Positions 41,988 through 55,782 of a stretch of 64,000 nt of DNA are shown here, one piece after another (the first letter of the stretch is position 1; each line of letters begins with the position of its first letter). The DNA is taken from the NCBI GenBank assembly GCA_012295275.1, contig CM022667.1:18476001-18540000 (forward strand), given 5' to 3'. The notes under the pieces were generated by a model. It did not search any database. It saw only the letters and a list, made by a program, of their open reading frames with translations, and had not been told where the DNA came from. Position numbers and translations under genes: made by a program. The DNA comes from Chrysomallon squamiferum (taxonomy: Eukaryota > Animalia > Mollusca).

Positions 41988-44900
41988 TCAACTCTTCAGA
42001 AGTGTTTTTAAATAAGCAATAACATTTTTATCTCTGAGTATCTCAGTGTGTTCAACTTTGCTGAAAACTTTATGGACAACTTTCTGCCACTTCTTCCATG
42101 ACAAACAACCCTGAAGACTGCGAATATTCACTGTTCCATCACCATTGTCCGGTACAACACTTGGCTGTTCATCTGGCCATTGTCCCTCTTTATACACAAG
42201 TGTGCCTGGTGTGCTGAGATCAGCACCATGAACACAATATACATCAACCATTGGCGGCTTCAGATCAACAATAAGGTCTTCTACATCTTTTCTCATGAGA
42301 TAACCGTTACTAAAATTGATATCATCAAAGAACTGCTTGAAGTCATTAATGGTATAGTTTCGTCCTGGTTTGGATACTAGCACTTCACTATCACTCCAGA
42401 ACTTTCTGGATGGCATCAGAAATGAAGTGCTCATCATAGATCTCTGTTCTTCTCGTATTGACAACGGGTTGATAAAGGGAATGTTCAGAGTGTCTCCTGT
42501 AAAAATATGATCTTTGCATCTTAAACTATCTTCATTGTAAAATAATTTGAAAGAAAAGTTTTTAATACTTAGAATAAAAAAATATGAAATCAATTGCACA
42601 AATTGAGATATTTACTCTGAACGGATTTTTTTGTGTAAGTATTTTTAGCGTATGCTTACAGTTATTAAAGATAAATACTAGTTCTGTATATGATAAATTA
42701 ATTATAAAATAAAAATAACAGTAATTAAAAAAGTATATTGTAATTTAAATAAAATACATAACAGTTTGATTTCTAAAAGTTTTTGTGATATTTTTAGTTT
42801 TAACAGTATCATTATCTTATACAGTATACTTAGTCAACATGGATGTGTAAACCAATAAATTTTCAGCACTATGGTGATGAGAAAAATAAACTGTCATACT
42901 TCGATATTTTTCCAAATCATCATTAACAATAATACTGATTATGCACCTCTGTATTAGGGCCATTATTAAAGAGTCCATATAGAAAAATATTAAATAAAAA
43001 TCAATTTAAAAAAGGCAAAATGTAACTGGTTAATAGCACTGCTTGTAGAATTTTTACCTGAAGCCATTAATCTGAGAGGTTTCACTGCTCCTCCCCATAC
43101 GCCTGACAAACTGATCCAGAACTTAATAAACTTATTTTTCCATGGCTGTGTCTGGTGGTTCAGGAAGTAAAGCATGTTTGGATTGCCCATGCTGTGTGCT
43201 AGTATTATCACTTTGCTGTTGTTGTTATTCACGTATGTGTCTTCAACAAGATTCTTGAAATTCCAATAAAATTCCCCCAGTTCATCTGTAAATGAAGAAA
43301 GAAACTCAAGAAAGGTAATTTTGGTTCAACGTGTAAGATATGCTGGCTTTGAATAGTTACTTAACATAATATTATTTATTCAGAAAAATTTTTAAACAAA
43401 ATTTTTAAACAGAGTTGTTTATTCCAAAAGTCAGGGCATCATCTGATACATTTATCTGCATTTTCATTATCAAACAAATACTCTAAAGTTACACATTAAC
43501 ACAATTCATTATTGTCGTCTAGAATAGAAATTAATTAACAGGAATAGTAACATTTTCTACTTTTACTCATCTTTTAAATTTCTGCTGCAGAATTCTCAGA
43601 TGGAAGAAAAATGGAAATAAGATTTTCTTAAATTAATCCTCATCAGCCCAACAAACTTTGATAAATAATAACTAATTATTACAACTGTTGATATTTTATG
43701 TACTGTACTTACTGGGAGCCTTCCTAAAGTCATATGGAGCACCTCTAATACTTTTATTCCGTTCATAGCCCCACTGTATAAGGGCCTCTACTATTGGGTT
43801 GTAATATGAAGCTGAAAACAAAAGTCAAAATAATAAAGAAGTATGAACCAAGGTGAAAAAAAAAAAAAATGAAAAAAAGTTTAAAATACCATAAAAAAAG
43901 AAAAGAAGCAAACTTATCAATCAGTATCATGATGTGAAAATTTCTAAAAATGTTTTAAATGCATGGAAATTATTCATATTCAATTATTTATAATATATTT
44001 ACCTTAAAATGTTTACAGAAATCCAGCAAAGTCAGTACAACTGAATTGAAAGAAAAAGATAATTTTCTAACATTTCAAAGAACCTTGTACAAATTACTTC
44101 TGAACTTTAACAAATTTAATTTTAATATACATTTCTGGGATGTCAATATTGATAACATTGTGTAATTTAATGTAAGTAATCTGTTTGACAACTGAAAACA
44201 TACTAGATGTGTAATGAACATATACATCTGGATCCAGCCATTCTACATTTTTTGTTTCTCCAAATCCTGGAATTTTTGTCTCAACACCTGGAGAATTGCT
44301 AGTTGTATGGTTCTTAGGATGATATATCAGCCTTAAATTGACAGAAGAAACATAGACAAATTAATGAACAAACAAATTAAATGTTCATCACAAAACTAAA
44401 ATTTTAATCTTAATAATATACGTATTAGTTGTAAAATAACTTGAAACAATGATTTATTATATACAGTATTCCCTCGCTATTCGTGGGGGTTACATTCTTT
44501 ACCCCCCGCGAATAGCGAAAAACCACGAATATTGGATGCAGTTTTAAAACGTCTATTATGAGATTATATACAGTACTAAATGCTTCCCAAACACTTTCTA
44601 AAGACACTCTTACTCATTAATACAGTAATAATATAGTAATATTGCATGCAGATATGTATTTCACTAATGTAAACACATTTTAATTTTGTACTGAAACAAT
44701 ATTTTAATCAGAAAGAAAGGTACGTACAGGAGGACAGTAACACCGCATAGCATAGTTACCCATACTGTATTACTGTACCGTAAAGTCATTTTCCATGTGT
44801 ACAACGATGTATTAGAATTGACAGAAAGTGGAACAAATTTAAAGGCAAACAGACAGATAAATACAGTACGCACAGTTCAGGTAATAATAATACAATTCAG

Positions 44901-46140
44901 TAATAACATGCAATTAAAAACATTATTAATACACGGTCACAAAAAATATGCACTGTACATACAGTGTATGCATTTATAAAAAAATACGTACTGTATTGCA
45001 ATAATAATTGAAAAAATTTGATATTGTTTGTGCAGTTTACCGAGCATTTGTTTTTATGACGGTATGACGCTCGCCTGGTATACCAGCATACGATGCAATA
45101 GGGTTAAGAGCCTAACCTGCGAATATGCGGGGCCGCGAATGGGGAACCGCAAACAGGTGAGGGTATACTGTATTTCAGGAGCATATTAAAACAAATCAAT
45201 ATAGCAGTCTAAATGAAAATGGAATAAAAACCATTATATATAATAATAACATAGGGTCTGAGTAGAATATGGAAAATGATATCTCCAGTGAAACTTAATA
45301 CTAGAATCTTCTTATAATTTTTGAATTCCAAACCAATACAGTAATAATAATGAATTATATAAACAGTTAATGGTGGTAGTTACAGAAGAGGGTGTTTAAT
45401 GATAATAATTACTTCAAGTAAGATAAATAACTCATATAATGTCAACATGTTTTGATCATATTATTTTATTATGTTATTTGTTAAACAAAAAGATCATATA
45501 TTATATATTATATTCACTTTTAACTGGGGATATCATCAACTATACTTTAGTCACGATTAGTGTAGACTAGATAATAAACCATCCGAAAAGTTTATTAAGG
45601 TAAATAATTTCAGTTGATAACCTAAATAATAAATGATTAAAATAGTTATTTCCAAGCAATTACCTCATATTATCAACAAAGCAGTCAATTACTTCTGGAA
45701 TCATCATCTCCAAATTGAGCCATAAAGTGTAATATCCATCAGTTGATTTTTCACATATGTAATGCACAACCGATGACTTATTGAGTTTAGCCATAATCTG
45801 ACTACCTCCGTCACCTGGTACTGAAATACAGGTAACAAAGATGGAAATGATTTATGATTTACAAACAGTATGTGAATAAAAGCAATATCAAACACACACA
45901 CACACACACACACACAGAATGATATGAAAAATTAAGTTGGAGTTTAAAAATGTTAAAAAATAACTGTTTTCTTTTGATTTTAAACATCATAACAGACCTA
46001 AAAAGGGTTATACTTCAGATGATGAAACTAAAAACAATCCCATAAAATACCCATGAAGATGTTCATTGTTACATACAGCTGTTAATAAATGCGATATTTT
46101 ACGATATAACTGATTAAAATTACATCTTAGCTTTTAGTCT

Positions 46141-46215
<75 letters not shown>

Positions 46216-46505
46216 TGTAATAAATATATATTATTAATTTATTCACAAAATTATTTTAAACAGCCTAGTCATAACGAAATCGTACTCATAAAAATATTAC
46301 AACTTGTCAATTGAAATGGAATGCGAAGATTCAATTTCAGGCACATTCTGGGGTGTAGTGAATAAATCGTCGGTGATATTCCTGAAGAATACAAACCTAA
46401 TATTATAGGATTTTTTGGCTTTGATGAACATGGATAAACTATTATTAAAATTAACAAAAATAAAAGATTAAACGAAAATACATGTCGAAACAGAGTCATC
46501 GCCAT
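41988..46505 (-). CDS. PLA2G15: Group XV (lysosomal) phospholipase A2, LCAT family, 6 exons
   Basis: Signal peptide exon 46505-46397, then 45820-45664 (VPGDGGSQ...LWLN...DCFVDNMR), ~44331-44204 (PGFGET...EWLDP), 43811-43713 (IRGAPYDFRKAP), ~43285-43058 (AHSMG nucleophile, WGGAVK) and 42496-41988 (GDGTVN, EH completing the catalytic triad). Confidence 0.93.
44464..45170. mobile_element. Tigger/pogo-like MITE (~707 bp) in PLA2G15 intron 2
   Basis: TA|CAGTATTCCCTCGCTATTCG at the left end and GTGAGGGTATACTG|TA at the right, giving a TA target duplication. Subterminal GCGAAT repeats at both ends. Confidence 0.75.
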
Positions 46506-47415
46506 GTTGCTTAATTCTCAACTGGATCTCTTCTAAAGGTATTAATTTATTTGTTAAAGAAATATGTTTAGAAAATCAGTCTATCAAAAACTAAGATCGC
46601 GTTTGATTCAGGGGCCAGTGAACGGTTTAATTTAAAACGGTTTTTTAATTTTTATAAAGAAATTTCATACAAAAAGGTGTAATGTCGGAACACGAAACCA
46701 CATTTAGCTCTGAGATAATTTTTGTCACGATAACTTGAATAAGAATATCTGAATATTATCCTTATTATATTTAGTGAGTCATCAGTTTCGGTTACGTACG
46801 TGAATATAAAAGACATATTTGTCTTGATAACCGGTTACGGTTTTATCAATAAACAAAAGTGGCTGAAAATCGCATGAACAAACGACGCCTACTTTCAGCT
46901 GACTCTTTCGGTACGTTACTAATAACACCGCAAGGTTGTGGGTGTTTCAGTGAATAGGTACATTTTTGCAGTACAGGTGTAAGTAGAGACCTTTACTGGC
47001 TGTTTTTAGTTCTGATTTTTGATCTATATGAAAAGGTTATAATGATGAAATTTATCTAAACTCATTCAGAGGTTTGTTTTTTCAAATTATTGTTTCGGAA
47101 CTAAGTTCATAAATAAATAAATACACAGAAAAAAAAAAAAAAAAAAATAGAATAAAATAAAAAAAAAAAAAAAAAAACAAAAACAAAACAAAAAAAAAAA
47201 AAAAAAAAAAACAAAAAAAAAAACAAAACAAAACAAAACAAAACAAACAACACCAAAAAACAAGAATTATTATTATTATTATTTTTTTAAATAATCCAGC
47301 TAATAACAATTTTTTTCTTTATGCATCCATAATACATAACAGTAAAATTTCTAAACATAATCCTAATCATATATGCATATGTTCTACTGTTATATCTATT
47401 AGAACAGATCTAAAG

Positions 47416-50400
47416 ATGTTGTTTGTAATTTTCCTGTTGACGGTGACTTTCATTAGTGAAGACAAGGCAGCAGTGCCTAGGGATGAAATTAAGATACTGC
47501 CTGGTCTGAAAAAACAACCTAGCTTCAGACAGTATTCTGGATACTTACATGCATCAGGATCTAAAAACCTTCATTACTGGTAATACTGTTCTATACATTG
47601 ATTCTGATAAACAACCAGTGTGTTCTGAAAGTAAATTTTTAATAACAAAGAAAATTATTTTTTATGGACCTGGATGGAACATTCTAATTTATTATAATGG
47701 GAAAAAGAATTTTTAATTTCAAATATAATAGAATTAAGTTATTTTAGACAGTTTATATTAGGAAAAAACAGAAAATGAGTTAATAAATAATATAAAAAAA
47801 ATTAATAATAATAAAAAATAAAAAATTATAAAATAAATAAATAAAGTATTATTATTATTATAATTATTATTAACTATTGACAGGTTCACAGAATCTCAGA
47901 ATGACCCAGAAAAAGACCCACTTGTATTGTGGCTTAATGGTGGTCCAGGTTGTAGTTCAGTTCTTGGACTACTTACAGAAAATGGTCCATTTACAGTAAG
48001 TATAGTTAGGTTTTCTGTTTCTTCTGAATTCCTGTCTTTTATGCTAATTCATTATACAAATGAAGATATATTAGCAATATTATGCTGTAGAGACTGGTTC
48101 TCAGAAATGTAAGTAATTTTTTAATAATCTGTCAACAGCCTTATAAATTATTAATGTTTATGTGATACACTAGAACCTCCTAGCAGTAGTAATAATGCAT
48201 TGAAATATATTTATTTTTTATTGTAGGATACATTTTTTCTTTTTAACTTAGGTCATGGAAGATGGTAAAACAATAGTGTATAGTAAAACCAGCTGGAATC
48301 AGGTATTTATTATTATTACAATATATTGCTAGGAGACTTGTCCTTGTTTTCCTCATTTATAATGTTTGTGATAATAGATTGAGCATAAACAATTTTAATA
48401 GAGGAAAAGAAGTAATTATTCAGTTATGTTACTAAGCATAAAATAATAACAATCACATTTGTTCAGAAAAAAGAGAAAATCATTACTATTTTATTATTCT
48501 GATTTAGGTGAGTCCTAATTTTTATTTCATTTAACAGAAACTGAAATAATTTCAGTATTATATTTGTTTTAATATTTGTGTGTAGGTTGCTAACATGTTG
48601 TTCCTGGAAGCACCAGCTGGTGTAGGGTTCTCTTACTCGGATGACCAGAATTACACAACTGGAGATGATCAGGTATTTAAATTTATATTTATGAAATATT
48701 TGTTTCACCATTTACTGGAATTATCTATTTCTCATACAAATTATTTGGCTTTGTTTTATCAGAAAATATTTATTACAAAGATTAATTTATCTAATTCATT
48801 TTTCTTGAGGTTGCTCTGGACAATCATTTGGCCCTTAAAGATTTCTTCAGTAAATTCCCAGAGTACAAAGGTCATGATTTCTACATTACTGGAGAAAGTT
48901 ATGGTGGCATCTATGTACCTACATTGAGTTCACTAGTAGTTGATGATTACAATATAAATTTCAAGGTAGATCTTTGTTTAGAAATTTACCATTTTGCATG
49001 TAATTATTGAAGATTATCTCATGGTTTCATCCAGGTTTTATTGTCATGTCTTTATGACTTAATTTTTATTTATTAAACAATTTTAAAGTCAAAAATGTAT
49101 TTTTACAATGATTATAATGAATAGAAGGGAGGTGAAAAACTTAATCTGGTCATGCCTTCTTTAGTTATCTCCCCTGTATAGTGCTAAATAATATTATAAT
49201 TCATTTATTAAAATTACCAGGGTTTTGCTGTTGGAAATGGTTTGTCTAATGACAAAATGAACGACAACTCTCTTATATACTTTGCCTATTACCATGGACT
49301 TATTGGTGACAAGTGAGTTAATTTATTCCTTGGTTTATTTCTTTCTTTTCTTTTCCTGAGATCTTCATGTTCAGAAACAACAGTGGTATTTAACCCTTTG
49401 ACATTTTATTATGCAGCAGACATAAGAATATTATATTTTTATTTCTTTAATTCATGACTAAGAATGAATAATTAAAAAGTAAAATATGCAGGAGAAACCA
49501 AAATCACATTTTTATTTCTTAGCTCATGACCAATGATAAATAATTAAGAAATAAAGACAAGACAAAAATAAAAATGTTCAGTTTGACTGAGAGCATACTT
49601 TATTTAATTTGTCTAAATCATGTGACACAAAATTTGTCAGAAATCTCTAATCATTTGTCATATTATTCAAATTATATATATATGAATTTCTGACAACTTT
49701 TATACATATGGAATATTTTGATATATTATGTCATAATTTATTAACTGTTTGGACTCCATTTCTCAGTTTCCATGACAGTTTAAGAATACCACCCATCATA
49801 GTTTATGATAATTCCAGGCTATGCTATTATTAACATGTAGACTTCAACATGTATTAAGTCAGTTACAGAAACCATTAGATGAAGTTAATGTTGAGTCATA
49901 TCATTTTTTCAGACTTCCGTTTTAATCCAAACATTCAAAATCTGTTAATTGCAAATTGAATGAATTTCTTAAAATGATTTCACTCTAAATGTTATTTGTT
50001 TATTATTATTATTACAAAATTTGTAATTTTAAAATACATAAATGAAAATAAATGAGTAATTGTAACAATTATTTGTTTAGTCTGTGGATGGATCTAAACA
50101 AATACTGTTGTCCTGGCCAAGAGCCACGATGTTACTTCACAGAAAACATACAGAGTGAGGAATGTCAGATGTCTGTGAGTTAGTTATATGCTATTTATGT
50201 CACCAAATTATGTGAGAGACAGAGACATATCTTTTTTACATCAATTAAAATTATTATTAAATGTTTTTATGTTGCCGAGGATGGCAACATTTAAAGTTGG
50301 GAAGTGTGTAGAAAGAAAAGCTCCCAACAGGAGGCAGTCATCTTAATCTATCTTGCTAGCACTTACTCCCTACTAATTACTTTAAAACATTATATAATCT

Positions 50401-51761
50401 GACCTTTATAGAATAGGAAGCAATGGCTCTTAGTTCTCTATTCTACGGAACAGTAATAATTTGGTCTAAAATATCTGTATTGTTTTATATTCAGTCTACA
50501 GTAAACTTATTATTCTAGATGTCACACAGTACTTTATATTCAGTTCACAGTACACTAAATGTCACTTTGTATTCAGTACTTAACATTCAGTCTATATTAC
50601 ATGCATTGTTCTAAATGTCACACACTACTTTGTATTCAGTCTTCAGTACACATTATGTTCTAGATTTTACATACAACTTTATATTCAGTTTACAGTACCT
50701 GGACTGTGTTCTAGATTTCACACATTACATTATATTCAGCTCTTCTTGATTTCAGACACTACTTTATATTCAGTCTACCGTACACACACTGTTAATATTT
50801 TTAAGATGCCTCATAATAAATAAAGTAAATGTATCCTTATTTCCTTTATTTTCAAATTTTCTATCATTTTATAATCAGATAGATGATGTGATTATATCAA
50901 TATATTTTTTTTAAATTTAAATTGTCTACAATTTGTTTTGTATCTTGTTTGAATTAGGTATCAAAAGCTGCAGCTATTGTGTATGGAGGTAAGCTGAACA
51001 TTTACAACCTGTATGCTGAATGTGCAGGTGGAGTGACTGGATTTAATGTTAAATGGGATGAAACACTGCAGAAGCTGACAACATCTAACTTTGGTTGGCC
51101 TTTTAGCTCTGTGAAATTTGTATACAAGGAAAGAGAGGTATTGAATAATAAATTAAATTAAAAATATAGCTGTGATTGTTATTATTCCATATCTAATAAT
51201 CCACTGTCAAAATTTTTCACAGGTAGTGTTACTTTTTCTGTTTTTTAAACTTTGGAGAGTTTGTTATAAAATAAAAGTCGTTATTTTTAAGATGTTGAAA
51301 TTACTCAGCCTGAGTCTGACACCAGCATGCATCAACTCCTCCAACGTTATTAGTTATCTAAACACTGACATAGTGAGATCAGCTCTTCATATACCTCATG
51401 TTGTGCAGAAGTGGGAACCTTGTAGGTATGTGAAGCAGTATTTTAATTTTAATTTTTATTTTAAGTTTCAGGATTCAAAAGTAACATTTTCTTGTTATAT
51501 CTTGGTACGTTATTCTTCTATTTCATTTTTTAATTTATTTAATTATTTTATTACTTTTTGCTGCTAGTTGCATTTTCTTTGAAAAAAAATATTTAAGACA
51601 ATAACAAGAAAGTCTTATTGTTAAGAAGTTAATTATTTAAAATAGTACACTGATTAGATGACTTACTCAGTATCCGGATAAAAAATATAAATATTTTAGA
51701 ATTTTAAAAACAATATCTGTGATGCCTATTGTCATAAAAAAAAAATTGTACTTTACAAAAG

Positions 51762-51796
<35 letters not shown>

Positions 51797-53585
51797 TAAA
51801 TAAATTGTGACAGTGCTGCTGTTGGAATACATTACAAGAGAAAATATGGTGACATGACTTCACAGTACCAGAAAGTGGCCAAAGCTGGGGTAATTTTTCT
51901 TTTCTAAATTTTTATGAATGAAAATGAACATTCTTTTAATAAGATTTGTTATTAATTTCAAGTCTATGCAAAGCCACTGAAATCATTGAAAAAAAAAATC
52001 AATATATCTATATATATATATATATGTATATCTATCTACCTATCTATCTATATATTTATTTTATTTTTTTATTAATTTGAAGAATTAATATTCAAAGAAA
52101 AAATAATTACTTAAGGCTAAAGATTTATTAAAAATTAACATATTATTGTTTTGTTCATAATAAACATGAAATATTTTTCATTGATGACTCATTTAAGAGT
52201 ATTTTGTAAGTGTGATGTATTTGTTGTTTTCTAGAAAAGGTTGATGGTGTACAATGGAGATGTTGACATGGCTTGTAACTTTCTAGGAGATGAGTGGTTT
52301 GTTGATTCTCTCAATCTACAGGTTATTTTATTTTCTGAACAATAATGTTAGGATTGTTTTCTTATATTTAGTTTTAAAATTGAAGTTTTCTTATGTTTAG
52401 TATCAAATGACTGGTTATCTCATTTTTAGTGTTACTTGATAACATTATGTTTGTTGTTATCTCCTATTTAGTGTCATGTGATAATGTTAAATTATGATTA
52501 CACTTAGTTTTATATTTTATTTTTCAAGATTAAAGTAAATTAAAATATCATCTATATTTTTTATTTTTATTTTACTATTATTATATATGACAATTTCTGA
52601 TTATTTTAAACCACCATTTTTCTTTTTGAAATTTATATAAATTATTTACACATGCTTGCCTGATGCTTTAGTATAGTTATTTTATAATTACTTTTTTTAA
52701 TTAATTTGTTTAGGTGCTTGTTGAGAGGAGACCATGGTACTTCATACAGACAGACAGGACTAAACAAGTAGCTGGTTATGTGAAAACATTTAACAGTCTT
52801 AGACTGGTCACTGTCAGGGTATGTTAAATAGGATTAGATTAATTACTTAGAAATTATTACTGTTAGTACATATTGTTTTATTTTTAAAATGTTACTGTCT
52901 CTATTGCTAGAATATTAATACCATTTTAACCGTTGATGGTAATTGTCAAATGATGTAAAATCTGTTTTCATTGCATCTAGCTTCACTGAAAAGAAATGAA
53001 AGTGAAAAAGGCTGTAACTTGGCTAGAGTTTGCAAGAAAATAGGCCAATTTCAAACAAATTACCATATTTGGAATCTCAGAATTGTCTTTCTAAAACTTT
53101 TATATTTTTTTGAAAGTTCTTTACACCATGTGTTCTACTGACTCTATCTGGCTCACATATTCAGAATTCTCGGTTTAATTTACTTGTTTTATCCTCTGTC
53201 AAAACTGTTATTAGTTCACTTACTAGTTCACATTTAATTCTTTCAGAACTATCTAATTCATATTTGATTCTTTCAGAACTCGATCTAGTTCACATTTTAT
53301 TGTCAGAACTCTTGCTAATTCATATTTTATTCTGACAGTACTGTCTTGGTTCACATTTTATTCTGTCACAACTATGTAGTTCAGGTTTTATTGTCAGAAC
53401 TCTCTCTAGTCTATGTTTGATTGTCAGAACTGTTTGTTCAGAACTCATCTAATCTGTTTCCCTATTCATAAAAATTATTAATATATATCTTTTTTTAGGG
53501 TGCTGGTCACATGGTGCCAAAAGATCGAGGTGTCCCAGGATTGAAAATGTTCACCTATTTTCTTCATGACAAACCACTTGAGTAA
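47416..53585 (+). CDS. CTSA: Lysosomal protective protein / cathepsin A (serine carboxypeptidase S10), 13 exons
   Basis: Exons 47416-47579 (signal peptide, LPGL...QYSGYL...LHYW), 47884-47995 ([10 protein letters not shown]), 48252-48302, 48586-48672 ([13 protein letters not shown]), 48810-48965 (GESYGG), 49221-49312 (VGNG, YYHG), 50081-50174, 50958-51137 ([10 protein letters not shown]), 51292-51425, 51814-51889, 52235-52321 ([13 protein letters not shown]), 52713-52818 and 53499-53585 (GAGHMVP, stop TAA). Confidence 0.95.
50480..50790. repeat. Degenerate ~45-bp minisatellite in a CTSA intron
   Basis: Recurrent CTTTATATTCAGT.TACAGTA...GTTCTAGAT.TCACACA. Confidence 0.7.
53212..53450. repeat. 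Degenerate ~31-bp minisatellite in the last CTSA intron
   Basis: Recurrent AGTTCACATTTTATT.TGTCAGAACT. Confidence 0.7.
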
Positions 53586-55782
53586 CTTGATCCAGAGTGA
53601 GCAGCATTTAGATCATCATTTTGTGTCACCAATAGCAACCTCACAGTCATCAATAGTCTCATCTTAAAGCACTGAATAATTGTTATGTTTAGAGCAAAGT
53701 ACAGACAACTCTGTTTTCCTCAGCTGTATTGCAATGGCATACATGAAATAAGGAGATTTAAACTGTTTACAATATGTAATAGAATGTCATGATATTAACG
53801 TTTTACTTTGTATATTAAACTATTGTTAAATATCAGTATTGATAAAGCCATCAGTAAGGTGAAATGATTATAGGAAAATAGAGCAAAACAAAATAAAATC
53901 ATACTGAAATATTGATGAAATGTGACTTTCTGGACTTACATTTTCCTTTTAAAAATAATATTAAAGAAAATAAAAAAAATAAACAAAGTTATAATAATTA
54001 ATTAAAAACTAATAGTAAATCAGATACAGTTCAGAAGAGTAATTTTATTTAACTATTTAATTTAAATGTTTTATTGGTCAGTTAATATAGCTTAAAAGTA
54101 ATATATACATTAACATAGAAGGTATATTTTAAATGCAGATATCGCTCTTTATTTTATTTACTTACATAATTATGTAAAAGATAAGGTTAAACTGTCTAGA
54201 ATCATTATAGAGGCTTTATTATTACTGGTTTATGTATTTATAGGTATATGTAACATTTTAAAATTTAGAATTAAATAAGTATCACTTATTAACAGTTTTG
54301 TTATATAACTTAGTCAGATCTGTTTGTGAGGTTAAAAATTTGAAAAGTAATAATTGTTTTAAAAAAAGTTTAAATTTAATAAATAGATATTTTAATAAAG
54401 TGTACTTTGTTGCTTTTCTTGTTTGTTTATGTATTAAAATGATTGGTCTTATCTTCATTTCGTTATAATACAGTATGGTTCATTTCCTAAATGTATAACT
54501 GGTCTTATACGCAAAAAAAGAAAACACTTATATGTGATTGTGTGTGTGTGTGTGTGAGTATGTGTGTATGTATATATATATACATATATATATGTGTGTG
54601 TAAGCTAAGAATAGTAATACAGAGCTAATAAAACCTGTATTGTAATATTTGATAATAAAAGTAACGCACACAAAGTTATTTAATCCAAGCTTAAAAGCCG
54701 TTTCGTTATTAAATTAACATAATTATGCAAGATCCTGAAAGCTGGTTAACCATAGACATTAGATATCCGCGGTCCAGATGATCAACATTGACATGCATGT
54801 TGTTTTTCGGACTTCCTCACTCTAATTTGGATGAAAGTTACAAAGGTATGAAAGGAAATTAATAACAGTGTCTATAGAATAGGAATTCAAAAAAATAAAA
54901 AATGAAAAACATTAGCATAAAATTCCCATTAATTATTCACTTTTAGTAATAATAATAATAATAATAATAATAAAATAAATAGATACTAGTAATAAAAATA
55001 AAATAAAATAAAATTCATTTAAAACGTTTGTTTTAAGATATCATGACTCTTGATTTATTTTCCGGTAATGCATTGTGCTGACTGGCATTGGAAACTGTAA
55101 AAATGGAGGCACTATTATACACCTACGTCATACCTCTGACTAACTTATCTATCAGCCAATAATCAGGCATATATCTATTAATAATGAACAAAGAATTAAA
55201 AAGTGACGTGTGTGTGTGTGTGTGTGTGTGTATTTTGGAATAAAATTGGGTTTATTTCCAGTATTTATGAAATTCCTGATTAAAGAAAATTCGGTAACAT
55301 TATTGAATGGACAATTTTTAAAAAGTCAATACAGAAGGACCAAAATTTCTGTCCTACATAATTTTATCACATTTGAGATGTAATATCATTTCGTACGATA
55401 TTCACTTTGAAAGTCCCTGATAAATTATTAGCATGTCTGATGCAATATTGTAAGTATTATCCTTCTGTCTTTTTACAATAGCCTTCACATTTACTATTCG
55501 TTTTTGTTTTTAAACAGATAAATCTCAGTGTAACTGTTCAATCATCTGGAATCAAATAAAACATTCTTGATGGTAACTGCTTTCAAGAACAAGTGGAATA
55601 AAATACATCTAGAATAAAAATATGTTTTTAAGTAGGCTTCTCGCTAGTTCATTTATCTAAGTAGTTGTGTACTGTGAATCAATATCTCTGTCCTCTACTA
55701 AAATTATAATGTAAACATTCCATTTAGGCTTCAATATCAATCGAACTAATGCATTCGAAATCGAAAGTTAAGAAAGATGAAG

